From Azolla caroliniana (Eukaryota; Plantae; Polypodiophyta), in NCBI GenBank assembly GCA_043228905.1, contig JBHGNT010000011.1, forward strand, positions 16,430,001 through 16,494,000: a stretch of DNA of 64,000 nt, given 5' to 3'. How positions within the stretch are numbered: the stretch's first letter is position 1; the number at the start of each line of letters is the position of its first letter. The notes beneath the pieces were generated by a model, which saw only the letters and a list, made by a program, of their open reading frames with translations, was not told where the DNA came from and ran no database searches. A program made the translations under genes and the position numbers. This document shows, piece by piece, positions 1-11,678 of this stretch.

Positions 1-1424
1 TGCTATCATGAGGGTATGTGATGTGTATGAACCCTTGATGAAGACTTTACAATCGCAAAGTGATGCATACAATATATTCTTAAGTTTAAGAAACTTCAAA
101 GTAGTGTATATGCTTCACTTTCTTGCAGATGTACTTAAGATCATGTCAACGTTAAGTATGGAATTCCAAAAGGAATATGTGGATGTGACATGCATTGGAG
201 GTTTGGCTATGATAGCAATTGGGGAGATCGAAGAACAATTTCTCCATCATGTTATGATGGATCTAAATGGTTTTGAGAAGGATAGCTATAATTATCCAAT
301 TATTCCAGAATATGGTAGAGAAAAAGGAATGCTTTCAGTTTTAAGAGATGCTATTAAAGTTAATATGTATAAAAGCATCCTCATGGATAGATGTATTGAT
401 GGTGAGGACTTGATTGAAGCCATACAATTCCAAACTTTGTTTTCTAAGGCATTAATAGAGACAATAAAAAAGAGGCTTCAAGATCCGGTAAATCTTTGCG
501 CATTGAAAATGTTATCACCAATGAACATGTCTACCGGATCTACAAGCATTTTAGCACGAAAAACTATGGGTCTTAATGAGTTGAAAACAATTGGAAATTT
601 TTATGGCATTCAAAAAATGGTAGATGGGAAAGCGTTTTCTCCCATAATTGATAATGATAAATTGTATGATGAATATGCAATTTTCAAAAGGCAAGCTACC
701 ACGGAATGGCTTGGAAGAGATTTCTTAGATGTTTGGGGTATGATAAATTGTAATGATGTATGGAAAGAAAAGCTACCCGAACTTCTAAAGATTGCATTGA
801 TAGGTTTAATCCAATGTGCTTCTACAGCAGCATGTGAGAGAGGCTTTAGTCGCCTAAATCTAATAAAAAATAAGTTTAGAAATAGGCTGAAAAACAATGC
901 GGTTGATGCATTGATACGAATCTCTATTGAAGGACCTGAACTAGAAGAACATGACTTCAATGCTAGCATTTTGTTGTGGTGAGAAAGCAAGGCATATCGT
1001 CATATTTTTACAGGAACTTCTCATGAGCATGATGATGAGATCGAGGACTTCATAGAAGATATAAATTAAAACTTTATAAATGTGATCGATTTTGTTTTGG
1101 AACTTTCTATATATTACATCTAATTTGATCTAATATGTTGTTAATGCTACTTTACAAAGGTTTGAAAAGTGAATTATGTTTATAAAGTTAGAATTTTTTT
1201 TGGTAAATATATATCTTTAGTTTTTGGGTTCCAAAATTTTGTGATTGATTTGATTTGGTATTGCATTAGATTTTTTTTGGTTATGCGGCCAAAAAAAATT
1301 TCAACATGTTCCGGTTGACATTGTCGTTGGTAGGAACGTGGCCGGCCAAAATTTTAAAATTCCGGTTAGGTTCATGAGAAGCAGGAAAATTTCCGGTAGA
1401 GGCTACAAACTTTGCCCAACACTG
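1..1424 (+). mobile_element. hAT-superfamily DNA transposon, 3' part (5' end lies outside the window)
   Basis: Transposase ORF followed by an AT-rich 3' region with repeated TTCCGGT and GGCCAAAA motifs. It ends ...TTTGCCCAACACTG at 1424 (reverse complement CAGTGTTGGGCAAA, a CAG-type hAT end). Homology to units 2 and 3 starts at 1425 (CCTAGGGC); the empty sites read ...CCCACGT|CCTAGGGC at 26173 and 49415. Confidence 0.85.
8..1069 (+). pseudogene. hAT transposase C-terminal half (ZNF862-like, hAT dimerisation domain), probably with a premature stop
   Basis: ORF 8-982 contains STAACERGFSRLNLIKNKFRNRL...LIRISIEGP, typical of the hAT C-terminal domain. After TGA at 980-982 the frame stays open (ESKAYRHIF...EDIN) to TAA at 1069, consistent with a CGA>TGA change. 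Confidence 0.8.
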
Positions 1425-2059
1425 CCTAGGGCTAGTGAAGGATCACTTTCTTATTACATGCTTTGCATATAGTGCAATTTATGAAAACTATGCTGATGTA
1501 TTAAGAGGGGGCAATGACTTGAGTGTATGCCTTAATTAACACAATGGGATTTTGTGTGTCGTAGTATGAATCTCCCTTCTTAAAAAGGTGACACACATTG
1601 AGAAAATTTTGTACTTAGATCCCATGGATCAATATCGGTATCTCTATGGATGTTAAAAAATATCTAATGGAATCTAAGTGCATACACCACAACTCACTTA
1701 AGATCAAATAGAGTACCTGAGAGGCCAATGAACAAACGCTAGAGAGACACAAAAAATAATATAAGAAACACCCCCTACACCATAGAAAAGAATGAGAAAA
1801 ATTCAACTAGAAGCCAATATATGAGCCGATATCAAATGATACCCTCTTGTTTACCGTGTCATTTAGAAAATAGATTAAGTATACTAGAGTTGGAGGTTCC
1901 TTACGGAAAGAATAACAATTAGACATGGCATGGGCCACACGGTAAATGTAAAACCATTCAAAGACAAAGACTAGACTAGGATTGTTGATGTGGAGACTAA
2001 TTATGTTTTCTATTTGGAGATGATAATGACTGAGCAATCCACACACGCGCACACGCAAT

Positions 2060-2087
2060 TATAAATATAAATATATGGGTATAAATA
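2060..2087 (+). promoter_or_regulatory. TATA-box cluster of the germin-like gene
   Basis: TATAAATA at 2060, 2066 and 2080, about 140-165 nt upstream of ATG 2227. Also present at ~26808-26835 and ~50050-50077. Confidence 0.55.
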
Positions 2088-2226
2088 GGCATTGTTGCCA
2101 AGTGAAGCAGCAGAAGCAAGAGTAACCAACACTCTTGAGTAAAATATTTGTTTGGTCTTAGTGACTTATCTATCTATATCCCGGCATACTTTCCATTTCA
2201 ACTCTTATTTCATAGTCCTAATCATT

Positions 2227-3082
2227 ATGGCCATGAATGCGTTGATCCCCATCTTGGGTTTGTCAATCAATATAATGATGGCGGTTATGATGACAATGGT
2301 TAATGGAGCAGATCCGGATCCGTTGGTGGATATCCCCACGACCGCACCGGAGAGTCAATTCGTCCTCCGAGATTTGTTAACTAATGGTGCCGTCACACGA
2401 GACAGCGGAGGTATTAGGGCCGCGGTCAACATCACCAACCTACCCCTCACCATGTAATATACAACGTTCATTCTTCTAACACCTAAGCCCTTTAACATGC
2501 TCCTCTGTCTTTAAAGTGACCGATGGTTCCTTATATTTGGTTTTAGGTCGGAGGGGATCACGTACATGCGGTTCCAGATGGTGCCGTGCGGTGTGAACCT
2601 GCCGCACACTCACCCGCGTGCGACCGAGATCCTAACACTCATCTCCGGGGGACCACTCCAAGTCGGATTCGTCGACACCTCGGGTGCGGACAAGTTTGAA
2701 ACAAATTGTCTTTAAAATTATTCTTTTCTAGTAGTGTTAGCAGGCATTTAAATTAGATGGATTCATCATATCATCTAATTTAATGATTGAATTTTCTTCA
2801 AAAACAAATAGGGACTCCACACATCAACATTCTGTACCCGGGCGATGTGACGCTCTTCCCACGCGGGCTCCTCCACTTCGAGATCAACGTCGGCAAAGTG
2901 ACAGCCGACTACATCTCCGCCCTCAACAGCCAGAACCCGGGCACCCTGGTTGGTTCATTCCCACACCCACACACTCCATTAGCTCCTCATTCATTCATTC
3001 ATTCATTCATTCATTCTTTATATGTCTCTTGCTTGTATTTCAAACAGCTTATCATCTTACATATGTTTTTTGTATGTATGTT

Positions 3083-3121
<39 letters not shown>

Positions 3122-3308
3122 CGTGTGCATGCAGTCCGCCAGCCTGTCGCTGTTCCAGGTGCCTGCACGTGCGCTCGCCACGTCACTGAATGCCAGCAGG
3201 GCGGAGGTGGCTGACCTGGCATCCACGTTGTTCCCGTACGGTGACGGCCTGAAGAAGACGTCCGATAGTGGATGCATCCCGGGGCGGGACATCACCACCC
3301 GTTTCTAA
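2227..3308 (+). CDS. GLP: Germin-like protein (cupin_1), copy 1, 224 aa, secreted; exons 2227-2453, 2547-2683, 2812-2948, 3135-3308
   Basis: Three GT-AG introns splice to an in-frame 675-nt CDS. It encodes a hydrophobic signal peptide, ADPDPLVD, germin box B GVNLPHTHPRATEI and box C GDVTLFPRGLLHFEIN...SALNSQNPG. The His/His/Glu/His metal ligands are intact. Which of several nearby ATGs is the start is uncertain. Confidence 0.93.
3085..3128 (+). repeat. (GT)n microsatellite in intron 3, with a (TTCA)n run near 2988-3015
   Basis: Directly visible; both runs are longer in unit 1 than in units 2 and 3. Confidence 0.9.
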
Positions 3309-4444
3309 CTAAAATCACTCCAAAATGAATGTACTCATGAGAAATAAAAGAAATGAATGAAATTGCCACCACAATTTGCTGTACAACAAAAAACTATCGC
3401 ATTAATATGCAGGATTTGTAGTCTCTCCTTTATCTTTGTGGTTTACTAGTGAAGAACATGAATATCAAGTATTGTTTCAGGGTTTACAAGATGTGTTCTT
3501 CTTGACATACAATGGGTTTTGATTTTAGTGAAAGCGATACATCTCTCTATATTTGACCTCCGAAGACGATAATATAATCTATCTATCTATCTATTTGTGA
3601 TCGGCATATCCCCAACCTTGCCACCCACAATACTAACGCCCCACTTATGAGGGCCACCAATGTCTCCAAAAATACTTACGTGCATGTCAATGGCATTATT
3701 GATTATCAATGGTGTTATCAGTCATAATCTACTTTAATGTAGATTAGTTGGCAAATATGCACTCACCCGAATGTCTAAATCTATATGAGCTTCTAATGAC
3801 TTGTGTATGTGTGAATGTGGAAATGTTTCGATGTGCATGTGAATGCATAAGTGCATATGAATTTTTACTTGTGTTTGTATAAACAAAGTATACTTCTGTG
3901 AACAACATGTTAAGTGTCTGTCGTGCATGTGTGTATGTAAGTGTGTTAATGGTGTGTATGTATGGAAGTCTGTAAATGACTACATGCACAATTAGTTAAT
4001 GCGTGTTTGTAAATGTGTGAATGTGCCTTTAAATGTAAAATTTGATGGGGGTAGGGGTATCTCATGATTTAGATAAGATGTAGATATATATTTTGTTGGG
4101 AACATATGAAATTTCCTCTCCCTTCTTTTCCTTAGATTCATTTCTAGAGGGAATGGAAATAAGTGAAGAAAAAGAATTGGGTTGTAATGTGCCTCACCCC
4201 TTACTATTGTAAAAGGGAGTGAGGGATCACCGGGTTAGACCGTTAGGCTTTTATTTCTTCTTCGTCTATTTCGTTTAGGGTTTCGTTCGGTCATCATGGT
4301 AGTAGTTAGGAAGGTTTAAGGTTTCCTTCTCTCTTTCTTTAGTCACTGTCATTTCTTTTGTCGTGCTTGGGTCCAGCCTAAATGGCCGCGGTTTTAATCT
4401 TTTGGGGGCATCGAGCCTTATAATGCAATGAGCTTATTTAACCT

Positions 4445-5150
4445 TGTCACGATCTATTTCACTTTGTGTGATTAATCTCTTCTTCCGTCTGTTATCCCTT
4501 TGAGCTCAAGGCCACAAAGGGACAGGCTCCCATTCCCCAATGGGGCAGGTCCATGGGGATCTTCACCCAAGGAATCAGGGAAGTGAGAGGGGAAGAATCT
4601 GCACTTCACGGAGGCACCGAGACCGTGGGTAAACAGAGAATTGTAGTGAAATAGAGAGAGAGAGAGAGAGAGAGAGAGTTGTGTGTAGCCATGGACACCC
4701 ACACAGATAGACAGATAGAGACGTGGTGAACAACTGGTATTAAGTAAATAGGGTTATATTAATCAAAACGCACACACGACACAGTACACGATTACAACCG
4801 GATCAGAGCCGGTGATGGACTGTAGAGCTCATTTGCTTCTCTTCTTCATCTCCAGATCACCCCTAAATTAGTCTGAGGCCGCCCCTCTTATAGCGCAAGG
4901 AGCGACCATTACAAAAGCCTTTAAGACCTGTCACTTTCCTCCCCAAATTCACTCCTCGATTCGTTCTCCTCGTAACTCTCCCCCCTACGCGATGTCAGAA
5001 CTCCTATTAATGCTCTAACTACTTAGGACCCCTCATCCTACCAATACCTAGTATTTACATAGTTTAATTCGGTAGGGATGTGCACTCATGCACACCCGTG
5101 TTCCCGTGTGTTTCACATGGTTTCTCCTATGGCCCGGAATCTTCACGACA
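4445..5150 (-). mobile_element. 3' LTR of a Ty3/gypsy element (~706 bp)
   Basis: Minus strand reads TGTCGTGAAG...TCGTGACA and is preceded by the purine-rich tract GGTGGGGGTGAA, downstream of the integrase C-terminus. It contains TATAAGAG and a (CT)n run (4652-4678). Confidence 0.7.
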
Positions 5151-5504
5151 TTCACCCCCACCAAACCGCACATCCTCCGGTATGTGCCAGATAGCGAATT
5201 TAGTGAGGGATTCTGGGGCCTTCTACTACTCGTCCTCCTCTTCTGAACTACTATTTTCGGCTCCCACCGTTGGGTCTCTTTCCGCCTCTTGAAGGCCTTT
5301 ATCCGCTTTCCGGCCACTCGTGTCCTCATTCGAGTCCCGTCGAGCTCCTCGAGATCATACATCGCGTTGTCGTTGACGTTGATTACCATGTATGGCCCAA
5401 ACCTCCATTTTGCGAACTTATACATAGACCGATGTTGGTTGTCGAGGCTGCTATCGTAAACTAATACCCAATCGCCTTCCTCGATCTTCTTCGGCCGGAG
5501 CCGG

Positions 5505-6608
5505 TGTCGTGAAGATCTGTCACTAAGCGCGGATCGTGAGGCGGAACCACCGGGGTCCTTGACCGGAAGGATTCGAAGTTGGCACAAGCTTTAGCGAGAA
5601 AGTATTTAAGATAGATTGAGATTAAACACTTGACTTTAGATTGAGAGAGATAAGATCGAACTTTTAACTTTAGATTTGAGAGCCAAGATACATCAACAAA
5701 AAGGTTACAAGTCTCTTATTTGATCATCGAAAATTTTACATTAGTCCTTTCATCTTTTTCCTCCCCTCTTTTATAAATGCCCTCATGCTTTGAGGGTACA
5801 AGACATACATAAAGTGCATGTTTGCCATTTGGCACTCATGTATTACATGTGGTGCATGATAACCACGTCACTCATTTAAGGTCTCATGTATGAGAATTTA
5901 CATGTAAAACTATAATGACAATAACATTATTTTATGAAAATGTCTTGGCTTAGTGGTAAGCCTATAGACTCTCAACTTCGAGGTGCAAGGTTCAAATCCA
6001 CACTTGCACTCCTTGTGTATATATCTATACATATATATATTTATTTATTTATATATCTATTCGGATGCCGGATGCAGCCGGTTTGCTGGATGTCGCCGGC
6101 TCCGCCGCCAGTTGACGCCTCCGTCGTCGGATCCACCACTGACCGGCCGGTTCCGATTTGCTTACCGGCCGGTTCCTGTTTCGGTTTGCTTAACGGCCGG
6201 TTCCGGATTGCTTACCGACCGGTCCCGGTTTGCTTACCGGCCGGTTTCGGTTTGGTTTCCATTTTATCGGTCGGTTCCGATTTGGTTTTATTGCTAGTCG
6301 TTTTTTGGGAATTTGGCCACATTCATCCATCTAGACAAAGTGGCCAAAGTTCTCTTAGCACAAATGAAAAATAAGGGATCTCAATGTGCTTATATAGCTA
6401 GGGCCTTAACTTTTCTATCTATGTGGGATATTTCACAGTTCTTTTTCTTTTTTTTCTTTTGCAAAACTTCATACCCACATAAGTTGACACTTAGATGCAC
6501 TTAGATGTCCGTTTCTTATGTAGTAAAGTGCATCCGAAAGCTCTTCAAGACCTCCATCCTTTTATAGTTTTATGTGATTTTCACACCATTACCAAAATCT
6601 TCACGACA
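5505..6608. mobile_element. 1.1 kb non-coding insertion with 12-bp terminal inverted repeats and a CCGG target duplication
   Basis: CCGG|TGTCGTGAAGAT...ATCTTCACGACA|CCGG. Removing it restores the integrase frame ...FDRTHR-LRPKKIEEG. Confidence 0.8.
5943..6010 (+). other. tRNA-derived (SINE-head-like) Pol III promoter inside the insertion
   Basis: A box TGGCTTAGTGG (5946-5956) and B box GGTTCAAATCC (5989-5999) at tRNA-like spacing; no complete cloverleaf. Confidence 0.5.
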
Positions 6609-7640
6609 CCGGTGTGTTCGGTCGAACCTGGCCTTGTTCCGGATTCTCGCTTCTTTCACCCTTGCCGTGGCCCATTCCACGTCCTCCGGCCTCCGCTCGA
6701 GTTGTCGGATGCGTGTTGCCAGCAACTCTTCTTGGCTCATTTCGTTAGCCCAATTGATCGCCATCCAGGAGGTGATCGTCCGCTCCACTAGCATGATGGG
6801 TTTGTGTCCATACATAAGTTCCGTCGACATATACCACGTCACCGAATTGTGGGTAGTCCTGTCTGCCCATAACGCGTAAGGGAGCAACCTCAGCCAGTCG
6901 CCAACTCGTCCTTCGCACGCGTACACAATGGCCTTTATGATCGGACTGTGGCCTCGTTCGATCTTTCCATTTGCTTCCAGGTTGTACGCCGTTGTGAGGG
7001 ACAGTTTTACGCCTAACCGATCAAATAGTTCCTTGGCCTCCTCTGCATTTAGCTCCCCTCGGTCAGCCACAATATTTCCTACACACCCGTATCGGCATCT
7101 GACATCCTCGATCAGAAACTTGCCCCTTTAGCTTCTCGAACGTGGCCCATGTGCCCCAGTGCCTGGCCCAAGGGCTTTCGTGGAATTCTGATATTAGTCT
7201 CCCTCGATCCTCTACCCGTGCCATTACCTGGAGCGGTGCATCATTTCGCCTCTTCGGGAACCTCCAGATTTTCGCGTTCCGCCGGAAGTACCGGTACGCC
7301 TTTTTCTGGAGCTGACTTGCTTCTTCCCTACTCATCGAGGCGTCCATCATCATCGAAGCAACTCCCCATCGTAGTCGTCCTCATCGAACTCGTTCAGGGC
7401 GGAGTGCTTCGCCTGTTTACCCTCGTCCTCGCCGATTTGAAGAAGTTTGTGCCGACTTCTTCTTCTTCCAATACCATGTCGTCCTTGTTCTCGAACCTTG
7501 CTCTAGAAAGCATATTGGCCATGACGCTATCTTTTCCTGAGATGTGTCATATCTCTGGGTTCAGGGACTTGATGTACACAATCCACCTGAGCATGGCCAG
7601 GTCGGGAGTCGTGCATCCGGAGACCATACCGAGAATCGTC

Positions 7641-8086
7641 ACATGGGCGAGTAGTCTTGATGTGTCGTCGTAGTAGCCACACTCGATCTCCAATGTCAAA
7701 ATTGGATGGAAGTCGATGATGATCCGCGTAAACCTTGTGTGTTTGTTGAGCTTGTTGTAGATGAGTAGATAAATTCGCTTGTATCTTACGTAGCCGCTCT
7801 GCACAAGGATTTGTAGGTAACTCTTGGGTTTCAAATACACACCACCGGGGGTGACAGCCTGTGTAAGCATAAAATGGTGTCACCTTTGTCGATGAGTGGA
7901 CAGAATTATTATACGCAAATTCGGTGAAGTGAAGAATATCCGCCCAGTCATCTTGACGATAGCTTAAAAAGCACCGAAGATACTGCTCCAGCGTTTGATT
8001 TGTTCCTGCTACTTGGCCGTCTGTTTGCAGGTGGTAGCCGGAGGAGAGGTTACAAGTGACCTTAAGCATTTTAAAGAAGTGCTTCG
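7641..8086 (-). pseudogene. Chromovirus (Tf2-like) integrase core fragment, inverted relative to its own C-terminus
   Basis: SSGYHLQTDGQ..TNQTLEQYLRCF...FAYNNSVHSSTKVTPF...GDRVWLLRRHIKTTRPCD. Confidence 0.85.
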
Positions 8087-8527
8087 TTGGATTACTGGCG
8101 ATTAGGTCCTTTTCGTATTATCGGAAAAATTAATGATGTCGCTTTTCGTCTCGATCTACCTCCACAACTTCGGATACATCCGGTGTTTCATAGTTCTCTC
8201 CTCGAACCCTATCAAGACAACACCATCCCAGGTCGTATTAAACAACCTCCACCCCCAATCCAGCTTGAAGATGGACCTGAGTATGAGGTTGCCGCCATCC
8301 TCGATTCCAAGATTGTTCGCAACAAGCTCTACTATTTAGTCGATTGGCTAGGATATAGTCCCAGCGAGCGTACTTGGGAACCAATAGAGAATGTGACCAA
8401 TGCTCGTGCACTTCTTGAAGATTTCCATCGTCAATATCCAGACAATCCGGGTCCTCAATCAAAAATGACTCGTGACACTCATCGTTATAAAGGGTGTATA
8501 GTGTCATGATATGCCAAGACTCGAATC
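8087..8527 (+). pseudogene. Chromovirus integrase C-terminus with chromodomain, PPT and a stub of the 3' LTR
   Basis: LDYWRLGPFRI...IHPVFHSSLLEPY...EYEVAAILDSK...YYLVDWLGYSPSERTWEP, then AAGGGTGTATAG followed by TGTCATGATATG at 8502. Confidence 0.88.
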
Positions 8528-9500
8528 TACGACAGTTGAGGGTTTTCAGTAGCATCGCCTATGAGCATGTGCCGAAGGAGAAGCGGAGGAAGCTTGACGC
8601 GAAAGCTGAGAAGTGTATCTTGGTCAGCTGTTCGAACGAACAAAAGGGTTATAAGTGTTATTGTCGTGATATGGCCAGACTCAAACCCATGACCCTATGT
8701 TACATGGGTCGAGCTCTTGACCATTAGAGTATATATTGTAATACAAAAAATATTATTTTCATTTAGATTTTACTTTAGAAAATTGATGTATATTCCAGAT
8801 TTCTCTGGAACATTCTAGAAACTTCAAGAGTAGTCTTGAGAACACTAAAAGGAGGCACAAGGCATTATTTCGAACCAAATCAGTTCAACGCCAGTCTTAA
8901 GCCTCCTAGCTACTATTGTATATTCCCGTAACATAATATGTATCTTTTGCTATCCTCATTCTCTCTCTCTCTCCCCCTCACTCTCTCCTTCTCTCGAGAG
9001 TTCTACACCTCCCTTAGTACTAATCCTCATCTTGGTACTTGCCTCCGACTCCGGGACTCGGCACCAATCCGAGTTCTGAAGATAAGGTCAGCGAGGCTGA
9101 GATTCCCCCTCATGAAAGCGAAGTCGGAACTCTTGAAGAGAGTCTAATCTCATTTCGGCTAAGTGGACCGAATGAGCGACTGAGTCAGTTTAACCATTCA
9201 TATGAAGAGCCGGGGAGTAGTGGAGACTCTGCTGTGCATTCCCTGCGCAGGGAACCGAAGAGACGGCTTACGCGCAAAGAGAAGGGAAACAAGAAAATGC
9301 TGGAGTAAGGCACAGATAGGGACGAGTCGGATCAATCGGAATCCGACTCAGGGAAGACCAATGATGGGCCTTCAAGACCAAAGCCCGCGTCGTCCAGAAA
9401 GGCCTTGACATCACCTAATGAGCAATTATGCCGATCTAACCGCTAGAAGAACCCTATTGTGCAGTTCGGATACAACGAGTACATGGCACATCATTATGCA
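8523..9500 (+). pseudogene. Ty1/copia pol fragment (post-integrase SH3 region and IN-RT linker), split by an LTR
   Basis: NLRQLRVFSSIAYEHVPKEKRRKLDAKAEKCILV...QKGYKCY (8523-8661). It resumes near 9025 with SWYLPPTP... and ends ...FGYNEYMAHHYAY at the array junction. Confidence 0.75.
8662..9007 (+). mobile_element. Probable solo LTR related to the chromovirus LTR stub
   Basis: Starts TGTCGTGATATGGCCAGACTC (compare TGTCATGATATGCCAAGACTC at 8502), has a CT-rich 3' part and ends TTCTACA. No TSD recognised, so the right end is uncertain. Confidence 0.55.
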
Positions 9501-11678
9501 TACATCAAGGGTGGAATGCAACAACAAGGGTTTTGATTACTTTTGGCCCGATTCAAATACATCAAGGGCGGACTACAACAACACTCACAAAATAAGATTA
9601 TTAATTTCAAATCTTCGCACACGAATATAATACAAATACTATTGCCAAGAATCTTGTTGGATATTGGAGTTAAATAAAAGAATCCATCAAGGGTTCATAG
9701 CTACAATCAGCTGTAATACGATAGGTGATCAATTCGATCTTGCTTGCGCCCTAAAACACGAAGAGTAGGTATTCCCTTTAACAACACTTACATCCTAAGA
9801 ATATTAATTACAAAATGTTACACACAAACATGCATATGCCTTCTGTCTCGAATGTTTCAAATCTAACACGATATGAATACTAGCTCTATAAGGAACATTC
9901 TAAAATGATATGAATACTATTGATAACATGTCTTTAATACAGGATATTGGAATAAACACAACAACGAATAATAGGTGCATAGCTCGATGGGAGAATAATC
10001 GGTCATAGTGTGATAGGTCATCAGTTCAATCCTCCTTGTGTTCTTAATCAAGAAGAGTATAAATTGCCTCCAACGACACTCACAACCCGAGATATTTAAT
10101 TTCAAATCTTTGCAAACGAACATGTGTATCCCTTATGTGTCAAATATATCAAAAACATGCATATGCATTTTGTGTCGAATATTTCAAATCTAAAATGATA
10201 TGAATATTATCAACAAGAAGTATACTTGGATATTGGAATAACCAAAAGAACCAATCATGGGTGCATAACTCAATGGTGGAGCAATCGATTGCAATCCGAT
10301 AGGTCGTCAATTTAATCCTCCTTGTGCCCTAAAGCAAGAAAAATATAGATTACCTACATCAACACTCACAACTTAAGCTTATTAATTTCAAATTATTGCA
10401 CAGGAACATATGTATCCCATGTGTGTCAAATATAGCACTTAGTTTCGGCGAATGCAGAGCGCGAACACATGTTGCCTTATTGTATGTGTAGTGAGGGCTT
10501 CGACTAGTTTTGGCCCGATTCAAATACATCAAGGGTGGATTGCAACAACACTCACAAACTAAGATTATTAATTTCAAATCTTTGCACACGAATATAATAC
10601 AAATACTATTGCCAAGAATCTTGTTGGATATTGGAGTGAAGCAAAAGAATCTATCAAGGGTGAATATTTCACTGGTAGAGAATTCAGCTGCAGTCCGATA
10701 GGTCATCAGTTCAATCCTGGTTGTGCCCTAAAACAACAAGAGTAGGTATTACCTTTAAAACCACTTACATCCTAAGAATATTAATTACAAAATGTTACAC
10801 ACAAACATGCATATGCCTTATGTGTCGAATGTTTCAAATCTAAGATGATATGAATAATAGCTGTAAGAAACATTCTAAGATGATATGAATAGTATTGATA
10901 AGACATCTTTAATACAGGATATTGGAATGAACATAACAACGAATAATAGGTGCATAGCTTGGTGGTAGAAGATTTGGTCGCAGTGCGATAGGTCATCAAT
11001 TCAATCCTCCTTGTGCCCTAAATCAACAAGAGTATAAATTACCTCCAACAACACTCACAACCCTATATTATTAATTTCAAATCTTTGCAAACGAACTTGT
11101 GTATCCCTTATGTGTCAAATATAACACAAACATGCATATGCATTATGTGTAAAATGTGTGTCAAATATAACACAAACATGCCTATGCATTATGTGTCGAA
11201 TGTTTCAAATCTAGGATGATATGAATAGAATCGGCAAGAAGTATTCTTGGACATTGGAATAAACAAAAGAACCAATCATGGGTGCATAGCTGAATGGTGG
11301 AGCAATCCGTTGCAGTCTGATAGGTCATCAATTTAATCATCCTTGTTCCCTAAAGCTAGAAAAGTATAGATTACGTCGTATAACACTCACAACTTCATGT
11401 TATTAATTTCAAATTATTGTACAATAACATTCGTATACCATGTGTGTGAAATATGGCACTTAGTTTCGGCGAATGGAGAGCGCGAACGCACGTTGCTTCA
11501 CTATATGTCTACTGAGGGTTTTGATTACTTTTGGCCCGATTCAAATACATCAAGGGTGGACTACAACAACACTCACAAACTAAGATTATTAATTTCAAAT
11601 CTTTGCACACGAATATGATACAGATACTATTGCCAAGAATCGTGTTGGATATTGGAGTTAAAAAAACAAATCCATCAA

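Larger units (their letters stand above)
5151..7640 (-). pseudogene. Degenerate non-chromoviral Ty3/gypsy pol fragment (end of RNase H, integrase zinc finger, core, GPY/F), interrupted at 5505-6608
   Basis: RWIVYIKSLNPEI, FHESPWARH, ADRGEL...TTAYNLEANGKIERGH...LPYALWADRTT and GDWVLVYD...KWRFGPY. Stops and deletions are present; about 260 bp is missing relative to unit 2. Confidence 0.85.

Noticed and set aside
2152-3308. ORF-track proteins 2152-2457, 2783-3214 and 2787-3308 as separate genes
   Set aside because: They are exon fragments of one spliced germin gene read through introns or in other frames.
3790-4040. His/Thr-rich minus-strand ORFs
   Set aside because: Translations of a degenerate ATGTGT-rich low-complexity tract.
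4270-4325. Telomere-like TTTAGGG sequence
   Set aside because: Only one exact unit plus degenerate look-alikes; not an interstitial telomeric tract.
5518-5920. Nested solo LTR TGTCACTA...TAATGACA
   Set aside because: The termini are suggestive but the flanks (AGATC and ATAAC) give no TSD; not supported enough to list as a feature.
11455-11570. snoRNA or 5S rRNA in the C-to-A spacer segment
   Set aside because: No convincing C/D or H/ACA box arrangement and no 5S similarity by eye; an Rfam scan would be needed.
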